Source of the DNA: Candidatus Cloacimonadales bacterium
GTDB lineage: Bacteria; Cloacimonadota; Cloacimonadia; G963667145
Assembly (NCBI GenBank): GCA_965228195.1
Contig: OZ245797.1
Span: 646,540-710,539 of the forward strand
Length of the DNA stretch: 64,000 nucleotides
Direction: 5' to 3'
The translations under genes were made by a program, and so were the position numbers. Numbering within the stretch: position 1 is the first letter of the stretch; each line of letters starts with the position of its first letter. The notes beneath the pieces are model-generated. The model did no database searches. It was not told where the DNA came from and saw only the letters and a program-made list of their open reading frames with translations. Shown here one piece after another: positions 19,146 to 29,438 of this stretch.

Positions 19146-19980
19146 CTTTCCTCCTTTTTAACTTCCTAAAATCGAACCAACGGTCAAGCAATCCTAGGAA
19201 CGATAAAACAAACAATAATAAATTATTCAATACAATCAGTAAACCAAACAAAACATACAAAATCTTAGACTTTTCAAACCATTTTTTCCAAACGGTAAAA
19301 ACTACTCCCATCCCCACCAACATATAAGCTACGGCAACGAAGATTAAAAAGTTGCTCCCCAGAGCCAAAGGCAGGCTACCGCGAAAAAGGTAAAGAACCA
19401 GCCCCGCAATCAGCCAAATATCTACCCAGGCGGGTAAAACAAACCCGCGAAAAGCGAACTCGGGTATCTCCTCTTTTTTGCCCAGCAACATCGAGCTCAA
19501 ATAAAAAGCGATCAAACTCAAAACCGCATACAAAGAGGCGTAGTTGCGCAAGTAAACGGTTTTTGCCAAATCTAAGTATTCGGCGTTTTGTTGCCCTGCG
19601 AACATCTTCCCGGCTACGCCAAAAGCTTGCTCGATGTTCAACACAAACTCTGGGTTAAAACCGGTGAAGATCAAAAACTCGCCGCCAAAACAGACGATGC
19701 CCGCTGCCAAGATGGCCAGGCTATAGCTGCCTTTGTTCAAAAGCAAGTAGAAGTAAACAAAAACTGTCGCCAGAAGCAAAGCCAGCTCGAAGAGATCTAC
19801 TCTGGTCAGCCGTCCCAAAACCCCTAAAGCGCCCACACCAGCCAAAGCCGTCAGGTAAAAGGAGTTCATCTTGCCGCTCTTAAGCAATCTATCACCCACC
19901 ATTCCCACACCATAAACAACCGCCAAGAAAGGGTTCAGATAACCGATCAACACAAAGGCGATTGCCAGCAAAAAAATCAT
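19126..19980 (-). CDS. DUF2232 (YybS-like) membrane protein
   Basis: A polytopic membrane protein lies between rpsR and rplI, which is exactly where yybS sits in Bacillus-type operons. Confidence 0.5.
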   Translation of the reverse strand: MIFLLAIAFVLIGYLNPFLAVVYGVGMVGDRLLKSGKMNSFYLTALAGVGALGVLGRLTRVDLFELALLLATVFVYFYLLLNKGSYSLAILAAGIVCFGGEFLIFTGFNPEFVLNIEQAFGVAGKMFAGQQNAEYLDLAKTVYLRNYASLYAVLSLIAFYLSSMLLGKKEEIPEFAFRGFVLPAWVDIWLIAGLVLYLFRGSLPLALGSNFLIFVAVAYMLVGMGVVFTVWKKWFEKSKILYVLFGLLIVLNNLLLFVLSFLGLLDRWFDFRKLKRRKDESDFN

Positions 19981-20210
19981 ACTCTTTTGTAGGGAAGCAA
20001 AGCCACCTGCCTTGCTTTCTTAATCTCCCGAGCGACCGCTCTTTGATGTTTGGCACAGTTTCCCGAAAATCTGCGTGAAAGAATTTTCCCGCTTTCGGCA
20101 ACCATCTTTTTAAGCACCTCTACATTTTTGTAATCAATTACTAACTCTTTGTTCTCACAGAACTTACACTTTTTCTTCTTAAATATTATTTTCTTTTTTC
20201 TAAAAGCCAT
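19977..20210 (-). CDS. rpsR: 30S ribosomal protein S18
   Basis: [19 protein letters not shown]...[33 protein letters not shown] chose the ATG start at 20210, with AAGGA 9 nt upstream. Confidence 0.9.
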   Translation of the reverse strand: MAFRKKKIIFKKKKCKFCENKELVIDYKNVEVLKKMVAESGKILSRRFSGNCAKHQRAVAREIKKARQVALLPYKRV

Positions 20211-20235
20211 AATAAACAATCCTTATTTAACAAAA

Positions 20236-20694
20236 TTAAAACGGCACCTTTTCGTCGTCCATATTCACATTAGGCTCGACAAAATTTTTCTCTCCCACTG
20301 CCGAAGACTGGTCGCCTCCGCTGGCGTAAGGAGCTCCCGCATTCTCATCTTTTTCCAAAAAATGAACTCGACTAGCTTGAATCTCGGTAACTTTGGCGTT
20401 CTTGCCATCTTTGGTGGTAAAAGATCTGGTGCGCAAACTTCCCTCAACCAAGACGGGATCGCCTTTCTTGAGGTTTTGAGCACACCTCTCGGCGTTAGCA
20501 CTCCACACCACCACATCGATGAAGCTGGTCTCTTGTTGCCACTGGTTTTGCTTGTCGCGATAGTTGCGCGAAACGGCTATGGGCAAAGTGACCACCTGCG
20601 TCCCGGAGTTCAGATAGCGAAGTTCCAAATCTCGGGTAATCCTTCCTGAGATAGTCACGATGTTGACGTTCGGCATTCTCAATCTTTTACTCAT
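20236..20694 (-). CDS. ssb: single-stranded DNA-binding protein
   Basis: OB-fold N-terminus, G/Q-rich linker and an acidic C-terminal DDEKVPF tip. A strong RBS GGAAGGGAGAG precedes the ATG at 20694. Confidence 0.9.
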   Translation of the reverse strand: MSKRLRMPNVNIVTISGRITRDLELRYLNSGTQVVTLPIAVSRNYRDKQNQWQQETSFIDVVVWSANAERCAQNLKKGDPVLVEGSLRTRSFTTKDGKNAKVTEIQASRVHFLEKDENAGAPYASGGDQSSAVGEKNFVEPNVNMDDEKVPF

Positions 20695-20722
20695 TTTTCT
20701 CTCCCTTCCGGTAATCTCTCTC

Positions 20723-21010
20723 TTAGTTTTGAGGATTTACGGTGGTCAAAAATCGAACAACATTCTCGTCGTAGCGGTAGATTTTTTCCAATTCGTCCAA
20801 CTTATCGACATCCAAACTGAAGTAGTTCAGGTAGTAATAAGCCGCCTCTCTTTTGTTAATCGGGTAAGCCAACTGCTTCTTGCCCATCTTTTCGCTAGAG
20901 ACGATGTTGCCTCCGCTTGCCTCGATGTAATCAAGAACTTTCTTGTTGATGGTGTCGGCATCTTCTTCCGGCAAGTCTTGATTAACTAAAAACATACTCT
21001 CGTAGTTCAT
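20723..21010 (-). CDS. rpsF: 30S ribosomal protein S6
   Basis: MNYESMFLVNQDLPEEDADTINKKVLDYIEASGGNIV is an S6 family sequence. Confidence 0.9.
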   Translation of the reverse strand: MNYESMFLVNQDLPEEDADTINKKVLDYIEASGGNIVSSEKMGKKQLAYPINKREAAYYYLNYFSLDVDKLDELEKIYRYDENVVRFLTTVNPQN

Positions 21011-21027
21011 CCTTTTTCTCCTTTGGT

Positions 21028-21609
21028 CTATTTTAGATCCTGAGCCACTCGCTCAGAATAGGTTTTCTTGTTTTTACTAAAATTTTCTAACATCTTTTGA
21101 ACATCGCCTTCCAGATAAGTCTCGATTAGCTCTTGGGAAAAGTCCAAAAGTTGGGGCAAGATCTTCGTCTGCTCGGGGCTGAATCTGCCCAGCACATAAC
21201 CGATCAAACTTTTCTTATCTCCTCCACCCACTCCCATCCGTAGCCTGACAAACTCTTCCGAGCCCAAACTTTGGATGATAGATTTAACGCCGTTGTGTCC
21301 ACCGGCAGAGCCAGAACCACGAATCCGCAGTTGAGCAAAGCCCAAGTTTACATCGTCAAAAGCTACCAAAACCCTGTCGGCTGCGAACCTTCTCGTGCCG
21401 TCTTTCACTGCCACGCCACTGAGGTTCATCATCGTTTTGGGCTTGAGTAAGACAAAATCTTTCTTCTTGGCGTAGTAGTAGTTAGCGGAGTCCGACCATT
21501 TCATTCCCCAAGCAAGCGCTAACTTGTCCACCAACATAAAGCCCACATTGTGTCTGGTGTTTTCGTACTTTTTGCCCAGATTTCCAAGGCCTACAATCAG
21601 TGTCGTCAA
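21028..21609 (-). CDS. pth: peptidyl-tRNA hydrolase
   Basis: LIVGLGNLGKKYENTRHNVGF and GGHNGVKS are conserved in Pth. Confidence 0.9.
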   Translation of the reverse strand: MTTLIVGLGNLGKKYENTRHNVGFMLVDKLALAWGMKWSDSANYYYAKKKDFVLLKPKTMMNLSGVAVKDGTRRFAADRVLVAFDDVNLGFAQLRIRGSGSAGGHNGVKSIIQSLGSEEFVRLRMGVGGGDKKSLIGYVLGRFSPEQTKILPQLLDFSQELIETYLEGDVQKMLENFSKNKKTYSERVAQDLK

Positions 21610-21612
21610 AGA

Positions 21613-22242
21613 TTATTCGGTCGATTCTTTGGCTGGCTCGGTCTCTTCTACAGCTTCTTGACTCTCTTCCTCTTCTGCCTTAGCAACCTCTACGATAGGC
21701 GGAATGATATGAACAACCGAGATCTCTGGCTCCGCATTGGCTTGCAAATCTCCCAAAGGAAGGTCTGCTACCCGCAAGGTATCACCGATAGCCAGATTGC
21801 TGATATCCACCTCCAGCTCCGAGATGATCTGAGAAGGCAAACAAGAGATCGAGATAGTGTGCATCAAGAAATCGACGATGCCGCCTTCTACCACGCCTAC
21901 AGAGTCACCAACCAACTTGATCGGAATATCCACGGTGATGGTGTGTCCTTTGGTCAACTCCATAAAGTCGATATGAACCACCCTTCTGGTGCTGGGATGA
22001 ACCTGTTTGTCTTTGATGATCGTCTTGTAAGTTTTACCGTCCACTTCCAGATTGAAAAAAGCCAACTCACCCAAAGATTTGTTGTAAGCTTTTACAAACT
22101 CGTTGGAACGAAGCTTGATCAAAGTCCCTTGTTTCCCATCGCCATAGATAACACCTGGGATATACCCTTCCTTGCGAATGTTCTTATTATCAGATTTTTT
22201 TTGGGCTACCACCCTTTTTTCAACTTTTAGATTAAAATCCAT
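21613..22242 (-). CDS. rplY: 50S ribosomal protein L25 / general stress protein Ctc
   Basis: 209 aa. RKEGYIPGVIYG...VHPSTRRVVHIDF follows the L25/Ctc pattern, with an acidic tail. Confidence 0.9.
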   Translation of the reverse strand: MDFNLKVEKRVVAQKKSDNKNIRKEGYIPGVIYGDGKQGTLIKLRSNEFVKAYNKSLGELAFFNLEVDGKTYKTIIKDKQVHPSTRRVVHIDFMELTKGHTITVDIPIKLVGDSVGVVEGGIVDFLMHTISISCLPSQIISELEVDISNLAIGDTLRVADLPLGDLQANAEPEISVVHIIPPIVEVAKAEEEESQEAVEETEPAKESTE

Positions 22243-22259
22243 TTTAAGCTACCTCTTTC

Positions 22260-23312
22260 TTATATCTCTATTTTAAATAGTTCACTAACTGACTTTTCTT
22301 CGCTGATATTGTAAACAGCTTTTGCCAAAATCTTGGCGATCGATATCACTTCCAAATGCGGACACTCTCGCACCCTCTTGGGCAAAGGAATCGTATCGGT
22401 AATATAAAGCTTCTCCAAACAAGAGCTGGCTATCCTCTCCAAGGCAGGTCCAGAAAGCACTCCATGCACACAAGCCGCATAAACTTTTTTCGCTCCATGT
22501 TTTTTTAGGGCCGCGGCAACTTTCACCAAAGAGCCTGCCGTGTCCACGATGTCATCACAAATCAAAACGTTTTTGCCTTCCACATCACCCACGATGTGAG
22601 TAAGGTCAACGCAGTCATCGTTGCCGGTGCGCCTCTTGTCGCCAAAAGCTATCGCCGTGGGCTTCTTGTCGGCACACTTGCCATCTTTTCTTCTGGCGTA
22701 GTTGATTCTTTTGGACAAATCTCTGGCTCTTGCCACTCCACCAGAATCGGGAGAGACGATCACCTCTATCCCAAATCCATCGTAAAAGTGTTGCACAAAC
22801 AGATAAGAGGCAGAAAGGTTATCCACAGGGATGTTAAAAAATCCTTGTATCTGCTGGGAGTGGAGGTCAAAAGTGATGATCCTCTTGGCTCCTGCCGACT
22901 CCAACATATCTGCCACCAATTTGGCAGTAATCGGCGTGCCAGATTGATCTTTCTTGTCGGTCCTAGAGTATCCATAATAAGGTATCACGCAACTAACGCT
23001 CTCAGCCGAGGCTCTCTTGCAGGCGTCCATCAAGATTAAAAGCTCCATCAAGTTGTCGTTTACGGTGCGATACTCGTTTTTATCACTACAATCTTTGCTC
23101 ATCTCCGAAGGAGAAATAGGTTGAAAGACAAAGACATCTTTACTTCTGATGCTCTCACAAAGCTTGGCGAAAGTCTCCCCGTTAGAAAACTCGAAGACCT
23201 CCGCCTTACCCATAACATCTACAGCACCTTCACTCTCTACATACTCAGAGACTTTTTGTGCCAAATATTTATTAGCGTTACCTGAAAATATTTTAATGCT
23301 ATTCTCCTTCAA
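22260..23312 (-). CDS. prs: ribose-phosphate pyrophosphokinase
   Basis: IKIFSGNANKYLAQKV..., DLHSQQIQGFF and the VDDIVDTAGS PRPP-binding loop are present. Confidence 0.9.
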   Translation of the reverse strand: MKENSIKIFSGNANKYLAQKVSEYVESEGAVDVMGKAEVFEFSNGETFAKLCESIRSKDVFVFQPISPSEMSKDCSDKNEYRTVNDNLMELLILMDACKRASAESVSCVIPYYGYSRTDKKDQSGTPITAKLVADMLESAGAKRIITFDLHSQQIQGFFNIPVDNLSASYLFVQHFYDGFGIEVIVSPDSGGVARARDLSKRINYARRKDGKCADKKPTAIAFGDKRRTGNDDCVDLTHIVGDVEGKNVLICDDIVDTAGSLVKVAAALKKHGAKKVYAACVHGVLSGPALERIASSCLEKLYITDTIPLPKRVRECPHLEVISIAKILAKAVYNISEEKSVSELFKIEI

Positions 23313-23329
23313 ACTTAATCTTATTTAAA

Positions 23330-23599
23330 TTAAGCTTCTGTGTTGTTTTTCTCTTCCTCATACTTAGCCAGCACCATATCTTCGATCTCTTTTCTGGTGT
23401 CGGAGTTTAGAGGATGTGCTATGTCTCTGTAAGACCCGTCGCTCAATTGACGATTTGGCATAGCTACAAACATACCGTTGCTGCCGTCAATCACTTTCAC
23501 ATTTCTGACAATAAAGCTATCGTCGAAAATGAGGTTAACAAAAGCCTTTAGCGGTTTGTCGTCGTCTCTCAAGAATACTTCTACTTTTGTAATGTTCAT
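23330..23599 (-). CDS. spoVG: septation protein SpoVG
   Basis: MNITKVEVFLRDDDKPLKAFVNLIFDDSFIVRNVKVIDGSNGMFVAMP is nearly invariant in SpoVG. Confidence 0.9.
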   Translation of the reverse strand: MNITKVEVFLRDDDKPLKAFVNLIFDDSFIVRNVKVIDGSNGMFVAMPNRQLSDGSYRDIAHPLNSDTRKEIEDMVLAKYEEEKNNTEA

Positions 23600-24423
23600 A
23601 TTACACTCCTTCTTGTTTTAGTAAATAATGTCCAAAATCTTTTCTGTTTAAAATGTTTTTCGGCTAACCTCAAGGTGGCTAAATCGTCAAAAAAACCGAT
23701 CACGGTGGCTCCACTACCCGAGAGTATGGCGTTTCTGGCTCCGAAACTTTTCAGCTCCTGCAAACAACCTCGCACGATAGGGTAGAGCTCTTCCACTCCG
23801 GCTTGCAGTCCGTTGTAACAGTAACTGGTATCGCCACTGGCTAAAAACCGCTCAAACGCTTGGGTCTTGCCGTAACTTCTCACATTTTGATAAGCTTCTC
23901 TACTGGAGATAGCCACGCCTGGATTAACCAGCAAGATGTTGTCTATCGCCCTTAAGGCGATGGGCTTCACCAGCTGACCTCTGTCTTCACCCAAACAAAC
24001 TCCACCTCTTAAGAAGAAGTTGATGTCGCTTCCAAAGAGAGCCGCTATCTCCTCCAGCCGGCTCATAGGCAAGCGCAGCTCCCACTCTTGGTTGAGAGCC
24101 AAAAGAGCCGCTGCCGCATCACTACTGCCTCCACCCAATCCAGCTGCCACGGGGATTTTCTTGCGCAAATCTATCTGCGCTCCCAGTTTCACCTGGCACT
24201 CTCTTTGCAAAAACTCAGCCACTTTGCAAACAAGGTTGTCGTCGTTTTGCAAGCTGGCATCGCTACAACTAAAGCTTATCTTACCACTTCTATCTTTTTT
24301 TACGCTAAGCGTATCGTGCAAATCTACCTGAGCAAAAACCGTCCGTATCTTTGTAAAACTGGCGCCTTTGGACAAGGTGTCCAGATACAAGTTTATCTTG
24401 GCGTAAGCTTTAGCGACTTGCAT
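23596..24423 (-). CDS. ispE: 4-diphosphocytidyl-2-C-methyl-D-erythritol kinase
   Basis: AKINLYLD and KKIPVAAGLGGGSSDAAAALLALN are GHMP kinase motifs. Confidence 0.9.
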   Translation of the reverse strand: MQVAKAYAKINLYLDTLSKGASFTKIRTVFAQVDLHDTLSVKKDRSGKISFSCSDASLQNDDNLVCKVAEFLQRECQVKLGAQIDLRKKIPVAAGLGGGSSDAAAALLALNQEWELRLPMSRLEEIAALFGSDINFFLRGGVCLGEDRGQLVKPIALRAIDNILLVNPGVAISSREAYQNVRSYGKTQAFERFLASGDTSYCYNGLQAGVEELYPIVRGCLQELKSFGARNAILSGSGATVIGFFDDLATLRLAEKHFKQKRFWTLFTKTRRSVI

Positions 24424-24431
24424 CTAACAGG

Positions 24432-24779
24432 CTAATACTTTCTTTTCTCTTTAATCTTGGCTCTTCTACCTTTTGCCTCACGCAAGTAGAACAGTTTGGA
24501 TCTTCTCACCTTACCGAATCTGAGCACCTCTAACTTGGCAATCAAAGGAGTAGACAAAGGAAAAATCCTTTCAACAGCCACACCGTTGCTCACTTTGCGA
24601 ACCGTAAAAGTTTTGGAAATGTCGGTTCCTCTTTTTTGAATCACAATGCCTTGGAAAGCTTGAATCCTTTCCTTGGTACCTTCGGTAATCTTATAATCTA
24701 CTCTGACAGTGTCACCAACGCCAAACTCTGGCAAGTCGGTTCTCATCTGCTCTTTTCCAACTTCGTTCAATATATCCAT
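24432..24779 (-). CDS. rplS: 50S ribosomal protein L19
   Basis: [16 protein letters not shown] and [13 protein letters not shown] are conserved in L19. Confidence 0.9.
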   Translation of the reverse strand: MDILNEVGKEQMRTDLPEFGVGDTVRVDYKITEGTKERIQAFQGIVIQKRGTDISKTFTVRKVSNGVAVERIFPLSTPLIAKLEVLRFGKVRRSKLFYLREAKGRRAKIKEKRKY

Positions 24780-24790
24780 TTTATAACTCC

Positions 24791-25339
24791 TTATGCAGAC
24801 AGCAGTCTATCCAACACTATAGCCACGGCACTTCTCACAGAAAGATGATTGTAATGCTTCTTGCCTTGCAAAGGCGTCAGCACATAATCGGCATCGTTAT
24901 GCAACTTTTGAATTAGTCCCCCTCCGGTGCCAAACAGCAAAAGTATGGATCTTGTTTTCAGACCCTTGAGACTCTCAAAAGTTATCTGTCCGCTCATTTT
25001 TTTAGCCGTAGTAGTAACAGTCGTTGGATGTTCACCATCCTCATTTTTAATTTTATTTATTACTTCTTTTAAATTTTTTGCGTATCTTGTAATATTCAAA
25101 GCTTCTACTCGATCAGGATTGTAAGCTTTTGCTATCTTCGTTTTCCAAAACCCCAAGATGTCGTCCAAAAATCTCTTTTGTCCTATCAAAGGATTTACCA
25201 CGAAAAAGTTTTCCACTCCGAAACAGGCACAACTTCTGGCGATATCATGAACATCCAAGTTGGTGATAGATGTCACTATCTGCTCCCCTTTTTTGTTCAC
25301 CACGCCTTCGTGCAAAAGAGCCACATAAATTTTTCTCAC
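24791..25339 (-). CDS. putative SPOUT-type RNA methyltransferase (Methyltrn_RNA_4/DUF2168-like), translationally coupled to trmD
   Basis: 182 aa starting at a GTG that overlaps the trmD stop as GTGA. The ORF-track ATG start at 25396 would overlap trmD by 60 nt. It contains LLLFGTGGG. The family assignment is from memory of the trmD neighbourhood in Thermotoga. Confidence 0.4.
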   Translation of the reverse strand: MRKIYVALLHEGVVNKKGEQIVTSITNLDVHDIARSCACFGVENFFVVNPLIGQKRFLDDILGFWKTKIAKAYNPDRVEALNITRYAKNLKEVINKIKNEDGEHPTTVTTTAKKMSGQITFESLKGLKTRSILLLFGTGGGLIQKLHNDADYVLTPLQGKKHYNHLSVRSAVAIVLDRLLSA

Positions 25340-26007
25340 TTCAACAAATCTTCCCTGTTTTTTTTGGTTATCTGCCAAGCTTGTTGCCTGCGCCATTTTT
25401 CGATCTGGGCGTGGTTGCCACTGAGCAAAACAGCTGGCACCTTCATACCCTCGAACTCTTCTGGTCTGGTGTAGCTGGGCGCTCCCAAGATTTTTTTCTC
25501 GAAAGAGTCGCTCAAGGCAGAGTCGATGTTGCCTAGCACTCCGTCCAACAAGCGAGCGATCCCGTCGATGAAGATCATCGCCGGCAACTCGCCACCAGAA
25601 AGAACATAGTCGCCAACCGAAAACTCCTTGGTCACATACTTGTCCCGAACTCGCTGGTCGATATCTTTGTAATGCCCACAAACCAAAATCGTTCGTGAGG
25701 CAGTTTTCAAAGAGTGCAGATCTTGTTGTAGTAGCGGCTTGCCTTGGGGAGTAAAGTAGATAACCTCATCAGCCTCTTGGTAGTGACAAGCTTTTAAGGC
25801 GTCTGCCAGCGGTTGTGGTGACATCACCATTCCACCTCCACCACCGTAAGGGTAGTCGTCCACCTTCTTGTGCTTGTTGTTGGAGAACTCTCTTATATCC
25901 ACCACGTTTGTTGCCAGCTTACCCTTTTGATGTGCCAAACCGACGATGCTGGTCTGCAAAAAGCTGGGAAACATCTCAGGGAAAATAGTCAAAACATCTA
26001 CTTTCAT
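25336..26007 (-). CDS. trmD: tRNA (guanine37-N1)-methyltransferase
   Basis: MKVDVLTIFPEMF and YPYGGGGGMVM are the SPOUT knot motifs of TrmD. Confidence 0.9.
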   Translation of the reverse strand: MKVDVLTIFPEMFPSFLQTSIVGLAHQKGKLATNVVDIREFSNNKHKKVDDYPYGGGGGMVMSPQPLADALKACHYQEADEVIYFTPQGKPLLQQDLHSLKTASRTILVCGHYKDIDQRVRDKYVTKEFSVGDYVLSGGELPAMIFIDGIARLLDGVLGNIDSALSDSFEKKILGAPSYTRPEEFEGMKVPAVLLSGNHAQIEKWRRQQAWQITKKNREDLLK

Positions 26008-26510
26008 AGCTCTAGTAGCCCTTGTATGTTTTTCACTCGCAACTGCCCGTCTTCGACAGAGTCAAGATACTCATCGGCTTGCGGGAGCAGCAGCGTCTTG
26101 GTTTTCATCTCCACCTCCAAAAGAGGCAGTTGGCTAGAGCCGCTATAACCGACCACCTTGCCGATCTTACGACCTTGCCAATAGACATCGAACCCTTGAT
26201 ACGGACACTCTTTCGATTGCAGAAGGTTATAATCTTTCTCAAGCAAAGCCACACTCACCTTCTTAACACCTTTGATCTCCTGCACCAGATCTTCGTCTTC
26301 AAGACGAAGCCAAGTACTCTCATCTTCACCAGAGACTTTCAGAGAGAAATCTTCCAGACACCTAATCTCTTGATCAAATATTAGCAAAAAATAGTCACTT
26401 TTTTCAACACTTCTATGGTAATTCTTATTCAGCCTCAGCTTTATAAACTTATTGATCTCCGCTTTGTAACCACGAAAAGAGGCTAAAGAGACGACAGGCA
26501 AGCTACTCAA
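26004..26510 (-). CDS. rimM: 16S rRNA processing protein RimM
   Basis: Its position between the KH protein and trmD, together with a PRC-barrel-like C-terminus, supports RimM. Confidence 0.8.
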   Translation of the reverse strand: MSSLPVVSLASFRGYKAEINKFIKLRLNKNYHRSVEKSDYFLLIFDQEIRCLEDFSLKVSGEDESTWLRLEDEDLVQEIKGVKKVSVALLEKDYNLLQSKECPYQGFDVYWQGRKIGKVVGYSGSSQLPLLEVEMKTKTLLLPQADEYLDSVEDGQLRVKNIQGLLEL

Positions 26511-26739
26511 TTATCTCCAGCTCTAAGGAAGCTCCTTGCTTTCTGGCGATGCCTTTGAAAAGCGTCCGCAAAGAGGAGATCGTTCTACCCTTTTTACCGA
26601 TAACTTTCCCCACATCTTCTTTGTTCAAAGAAAGCTGAAAAACTTTGCCAAACTCTGTGTCCACCTCTTGCACTTCCACATCGGCGGGAGTGTCCACAAT
26701 CTCTTGGACAAGGCAGGTCAATAACTCTTTGATCTTCAC
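26503..26739 (-). CDS. KH-domain RNA-binding protein (UPF0109/YlqC-like)
   Basis: 78 aa. VGKVIGKKGRTISSLRTL is the GxxG KH motif. It sits between rpsP and rimM. Confidence 0.8.
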   Translation of the reverse strand: MKIKELLTCLVQEIVDTPADVEVQEVDTEFGKVFQLSLNKEDVGKVIGKKGRTISSLRTLFKGIARKQGASLELEIIE

Positions 26740-26764
26740 GATAAATTACTTTTTTTGAAAAAAA

Positions 26765-27046
26765 CTACTCGGCTTTTGCGGCAGCTCTTTTCGCCTCATC
26801 CCAAGCTTTCAAGACACCCACTTGGCGAAGCAAAGATCTGACCGTATCGGTAGGTTGCGCTCCCAAGTTTAACCATTTCAAGGCGATCTCTTGATCGATT
26901 TTCACTTTCGCATCATCGCTCTTGGGGCTGTAAAATCCCAAAGCTTCCAGGTAAGCTCCATCTCTTTTTTTGCGACTGTCCACTGCCACCACTCTATAGA
27001 ACGGGATATTTTTCCTACCCATTCTTTTCAATCTTAATTTAACCAT
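26765..27046 (-). CDS. rpsP: 30S ribosomal protein S16
   Basis: [41 protein letters not shown] is an S16 family sequence. Confidence 0.9.
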   Translation of the reverse strand: MVKLRLKRMGRKNIPFYRVVAVDSRKKRDGAYLEALGFYSPKSDDAKVKIDQEIALKWLNLGAQPTDTVRSLLRQVGVLKAWDEAKRAAAKAE

Positions 27047-27193
27047 TGTGCATATTCCTTCGATTTAAATATTTTTCTTTCCAATCTAACCAAAAAAAAA
27101 AAGCGGTTGACCAAGTCAAGGAAAATTAGTTTCTTAACGATTTTTTTAGTCAATCGATTGTTTTCACCATCTTTTTTATTTTTTTTAGTTTGC

Positions 27194-27850
27194 CTATTGG
27201 TAATACCTATCCAACTGTCCAGAGTAGTGACGAAGATTTTCGTAAGCAAAAGGCAAGCTAAAAATAAGCCCCAAACCTAAAGGTAAAATAGCGACGAGAT
27301 TGACCAAAAACAAAGCCCACAACAAGAAAAACTGTTGCCATCTGGTCTCTTTGATCTTCTCAAAACTCCACCCGATAGCTCTGAGCAGCTTCTCGCCTTT
27401 GCTTATTTGAAAAACTATCGGCAAAGATAGGCTCATTCCGTAGTTACACATTATCAAGTAAACCAAATCTAAGATGTGGTCGCCTTGGCAAATCGTCCGC
27501 AAAACAAAAAGGTAGACGACAAAACAAACAGCGAAAGGGAAAAACCTGACTAGCCTCTGGTGCCACGCCAAACCTTTTGCCAAAGGAGCCAAAAAGACAG
27601 GCAAAAAAATCAGCAAACTAAGGTAGTAAGCAAAATCGGTCAAAAACAAGAACGAGGCGATAAAAGCTAGCAAGGGAACTACCATCAGCAGTGCCAATTT
27701 CCACTGTTTTTTCCACTGCCCACTGGCGTAAACAGTCTTTAAACAACTGAAGGCGCTGAGCTTTGTCGAAAGAAGCTTTGTCGCTCGGCAACAAGCCGCA
27801 CAAAAAGTGGGGTCGCCAACTATCTGCGCACCACAAAATTCACATTTCAT
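27194..27850 (-). CDS. membrane protein with N-terminal zinc-ribbon (hypothetical)
   Basis: The N-terminal CEFCGA...CAACC zinc-ribbon is followed by about 5 TM helices. Confidence 0.45.
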   Translation of the reverse strand: MKCEFCGAQIVGDPTFCAACCRATKLLSTKLSAFSCLKTVYASGQWKKQWKLALLMVVPLLAFIASFLFLTDFAYYLSLLIFLPVFLAPLAKGLAWHQRLVRFFPFAVCFVVYLFVLRTICQGDHILDLVYLIMCNYGMSLSLPIVFQISKGEKLLRAIGWSFEKIKETRWQQFFLLWALFLVNLVAILPLGLGLIFSLPFAYENLRHYSGQLDRYYQ

Positions 27851-27878
27851 CGTCTATTTCTCTCCTTTGCTCAAAGCC

Positions 27879-29123
27879 TCAAAGATTAGCCTTGATCGCC
27901 TGAGCCAACCTTTGGACGCCTTTCCTGATCGTGTCTGCCGACTCGTAAGAGAAGTTCATCCTGAGCGTGTTTTTGCCAGAACCGTCGCAATGGAAAACCA
28001 CCCCAGGGACAAAAGCGACTTTATAATCTTTCACGGCACAAGCCATCAACTTCTCCGCATCCATCTGGTTTGGCAGCTTCAAGAAAAGAAACAAACCTCC
28101 CTCGGGCGTCGTCCAGCTGACCTCTGCGGGCATAAACTCCTGAAAAGCTCGTAGCATCGCCTGAGCTTTCACTTGGTAAGAGGCGACCGTCTTCTTGATG
28201 TTCGGCTCAAGCAATCCAGCCTCCATATACCTGCCGACCACTCTTTGCAAAAAAGGACTGGTGCAAAGATCCATCGTCTGCTTGACCACCACGGCAAAAT
28301 TTAACAGGTGTTTACTGGCGATGATCCAACCGAGTCTGAAGCCTGGCGCCAAAATCTTGGAAAAAGTTCCCAAGTTGATCACCCTGCCATCTTCGTCCAA
28401 GCTGTAAAAAGTAGGTTGGTCTTCGCCGCTAAACCGAATCTCACCATAAGGAGAGTCTTCGATGATCAGAAGATCGTATTTTTGGGCTAGAGCCAAGATC
28501 TCTTTTCTTCTTTCCAAAGGCATGGTGATACCAGCAGGATTTTGAAAGTCGGGGACCATATAGACGAACTTGGCTTGCTCTCCTTTGGACTCTAGCTCCT
28601 GCAACTTCTGGGCAAGTAGCTCAGCCGATAACCCGTGCTCATCGTGCTTGACCCCGATGATGTTCGGCTCAAAAGCTTTGAAGGCGTTGATAGCTCCCAG
28701 ATAAGAGGGCAATCCCATAACGATGTTGTCGCCCTTGTTCAAAAGCATCCTGCCGATGATATCCAGCGCTTGCTGCGATGAGGCGGTAGGCAAGACATTC
28801 TGAGCACCTATCTTGAAGTTTTTCTTGTTGCTATAAGCAGCTATCTGCTCACAAAGCACCTTGTCACCTTCGGTGGCAGAGTATTGCAACACCTCGACTC
28901 CTTCATCTTTTAAAACCTTGTCAGAGATCTCCCTGATCTCTTGAATGGGAAAAGATTCTGGCGAGGGCAACCCTCCAGCAAACGAGATAATATCGTCTTT
29001 GTCCAGCAGTTTCAAAATCTCCCGAATAACAGATCGCTCACCCTTGCTAGCCAATCTGGACAACTTCTTGGTCAACTCAACCATCACTTCCTCCCTAGAA
29101 AATAGAACATTTTTTGAATGCAA
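27879..29123 (-). CDS. PLP-dependent aminotransferase, class I/II (LysN/ARO8-like)
   Basis: SFAGGLPSPESFP, NPAGITMPLERRKEI and TFSKILAPGFRLGW carry the PLP-lysine SK motif. An alternative start at MVELTKK (29084) is possible. Confidence 0.8.
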   Translation of the reverse strand: MHSKNVLFSREEVMVELTKKLSRLASKGERSVIREILKLLDKDDIISFAGGLPSPESFPIQEIREISDKVLKDEGVEVLQYSATEGDKVLCEQIAAYSNKKNFKIGAQNVLPTASSQQALDIIGRMLLNKGDNIVMGLPSYLGAINAFKAFEPNIIGVKHDEHGLSAELLAQKLQELESKGEQAKFVYMVPDFQNPAGITMPLERRKEILALAQKYDLLIIEDSPYGEIRFSGEDQPTFYSLDEDGRVINLGTFSKILAPGFRLGWIIASKHLLNFAVVVKQTMDLCTSPFLQRVVGRYMEAGLLEPNIKKTVASYQVKAQAMLRAFQEFMPAEVSWTTPEGGLFLFLKLPNQMDAEKLMACAVKDYKVAFVPGVVFHCDGSGKNTLRMNFSYESADTIRKGVQRLAQAIKANL

Positions 29124-29334
29124 ATTAACTCTTCCCCAGCGAGCAGATTGTCAAGTATTTTTTTGACAGCCAAACTTATAGAGCTTTCTTCGACTCAACC
29201 AGATCGCAAATTTTCACTCATCTTTAACAGATATTTCTACCGTTTTTAGCAAAAAAAGCAAAATTTCCTTGCCTGATAAGCTTACCTTGCTGAATTGAGC
29301 TTGAAGTAATTGATTATAGATTATATTAGTTTGT

Positions 29335-29411
29335 GCCCCCGTAGCTCAGCAGGATAGAGCGGTTCCCTCCTAAGGAAAAGGTCGGCTGTTCGAATCGGCC
29401 CGGGGGCGCCA
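29335..29411 (+). tRNA. tRNA-Arg (anticodon CCT)
   Basis: Cloverleaf: acceptor GCCCCCG/CGGGGGC, D-arm GCTC..GAGC, anticodon loop CTCCTAA, T-loop TTCGAAT, 3' CCA encoded. Confidence 0.85.
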
Positions 29412-29438
29412 TTTTTTTTAGGAATTAATTTTAAGTTT

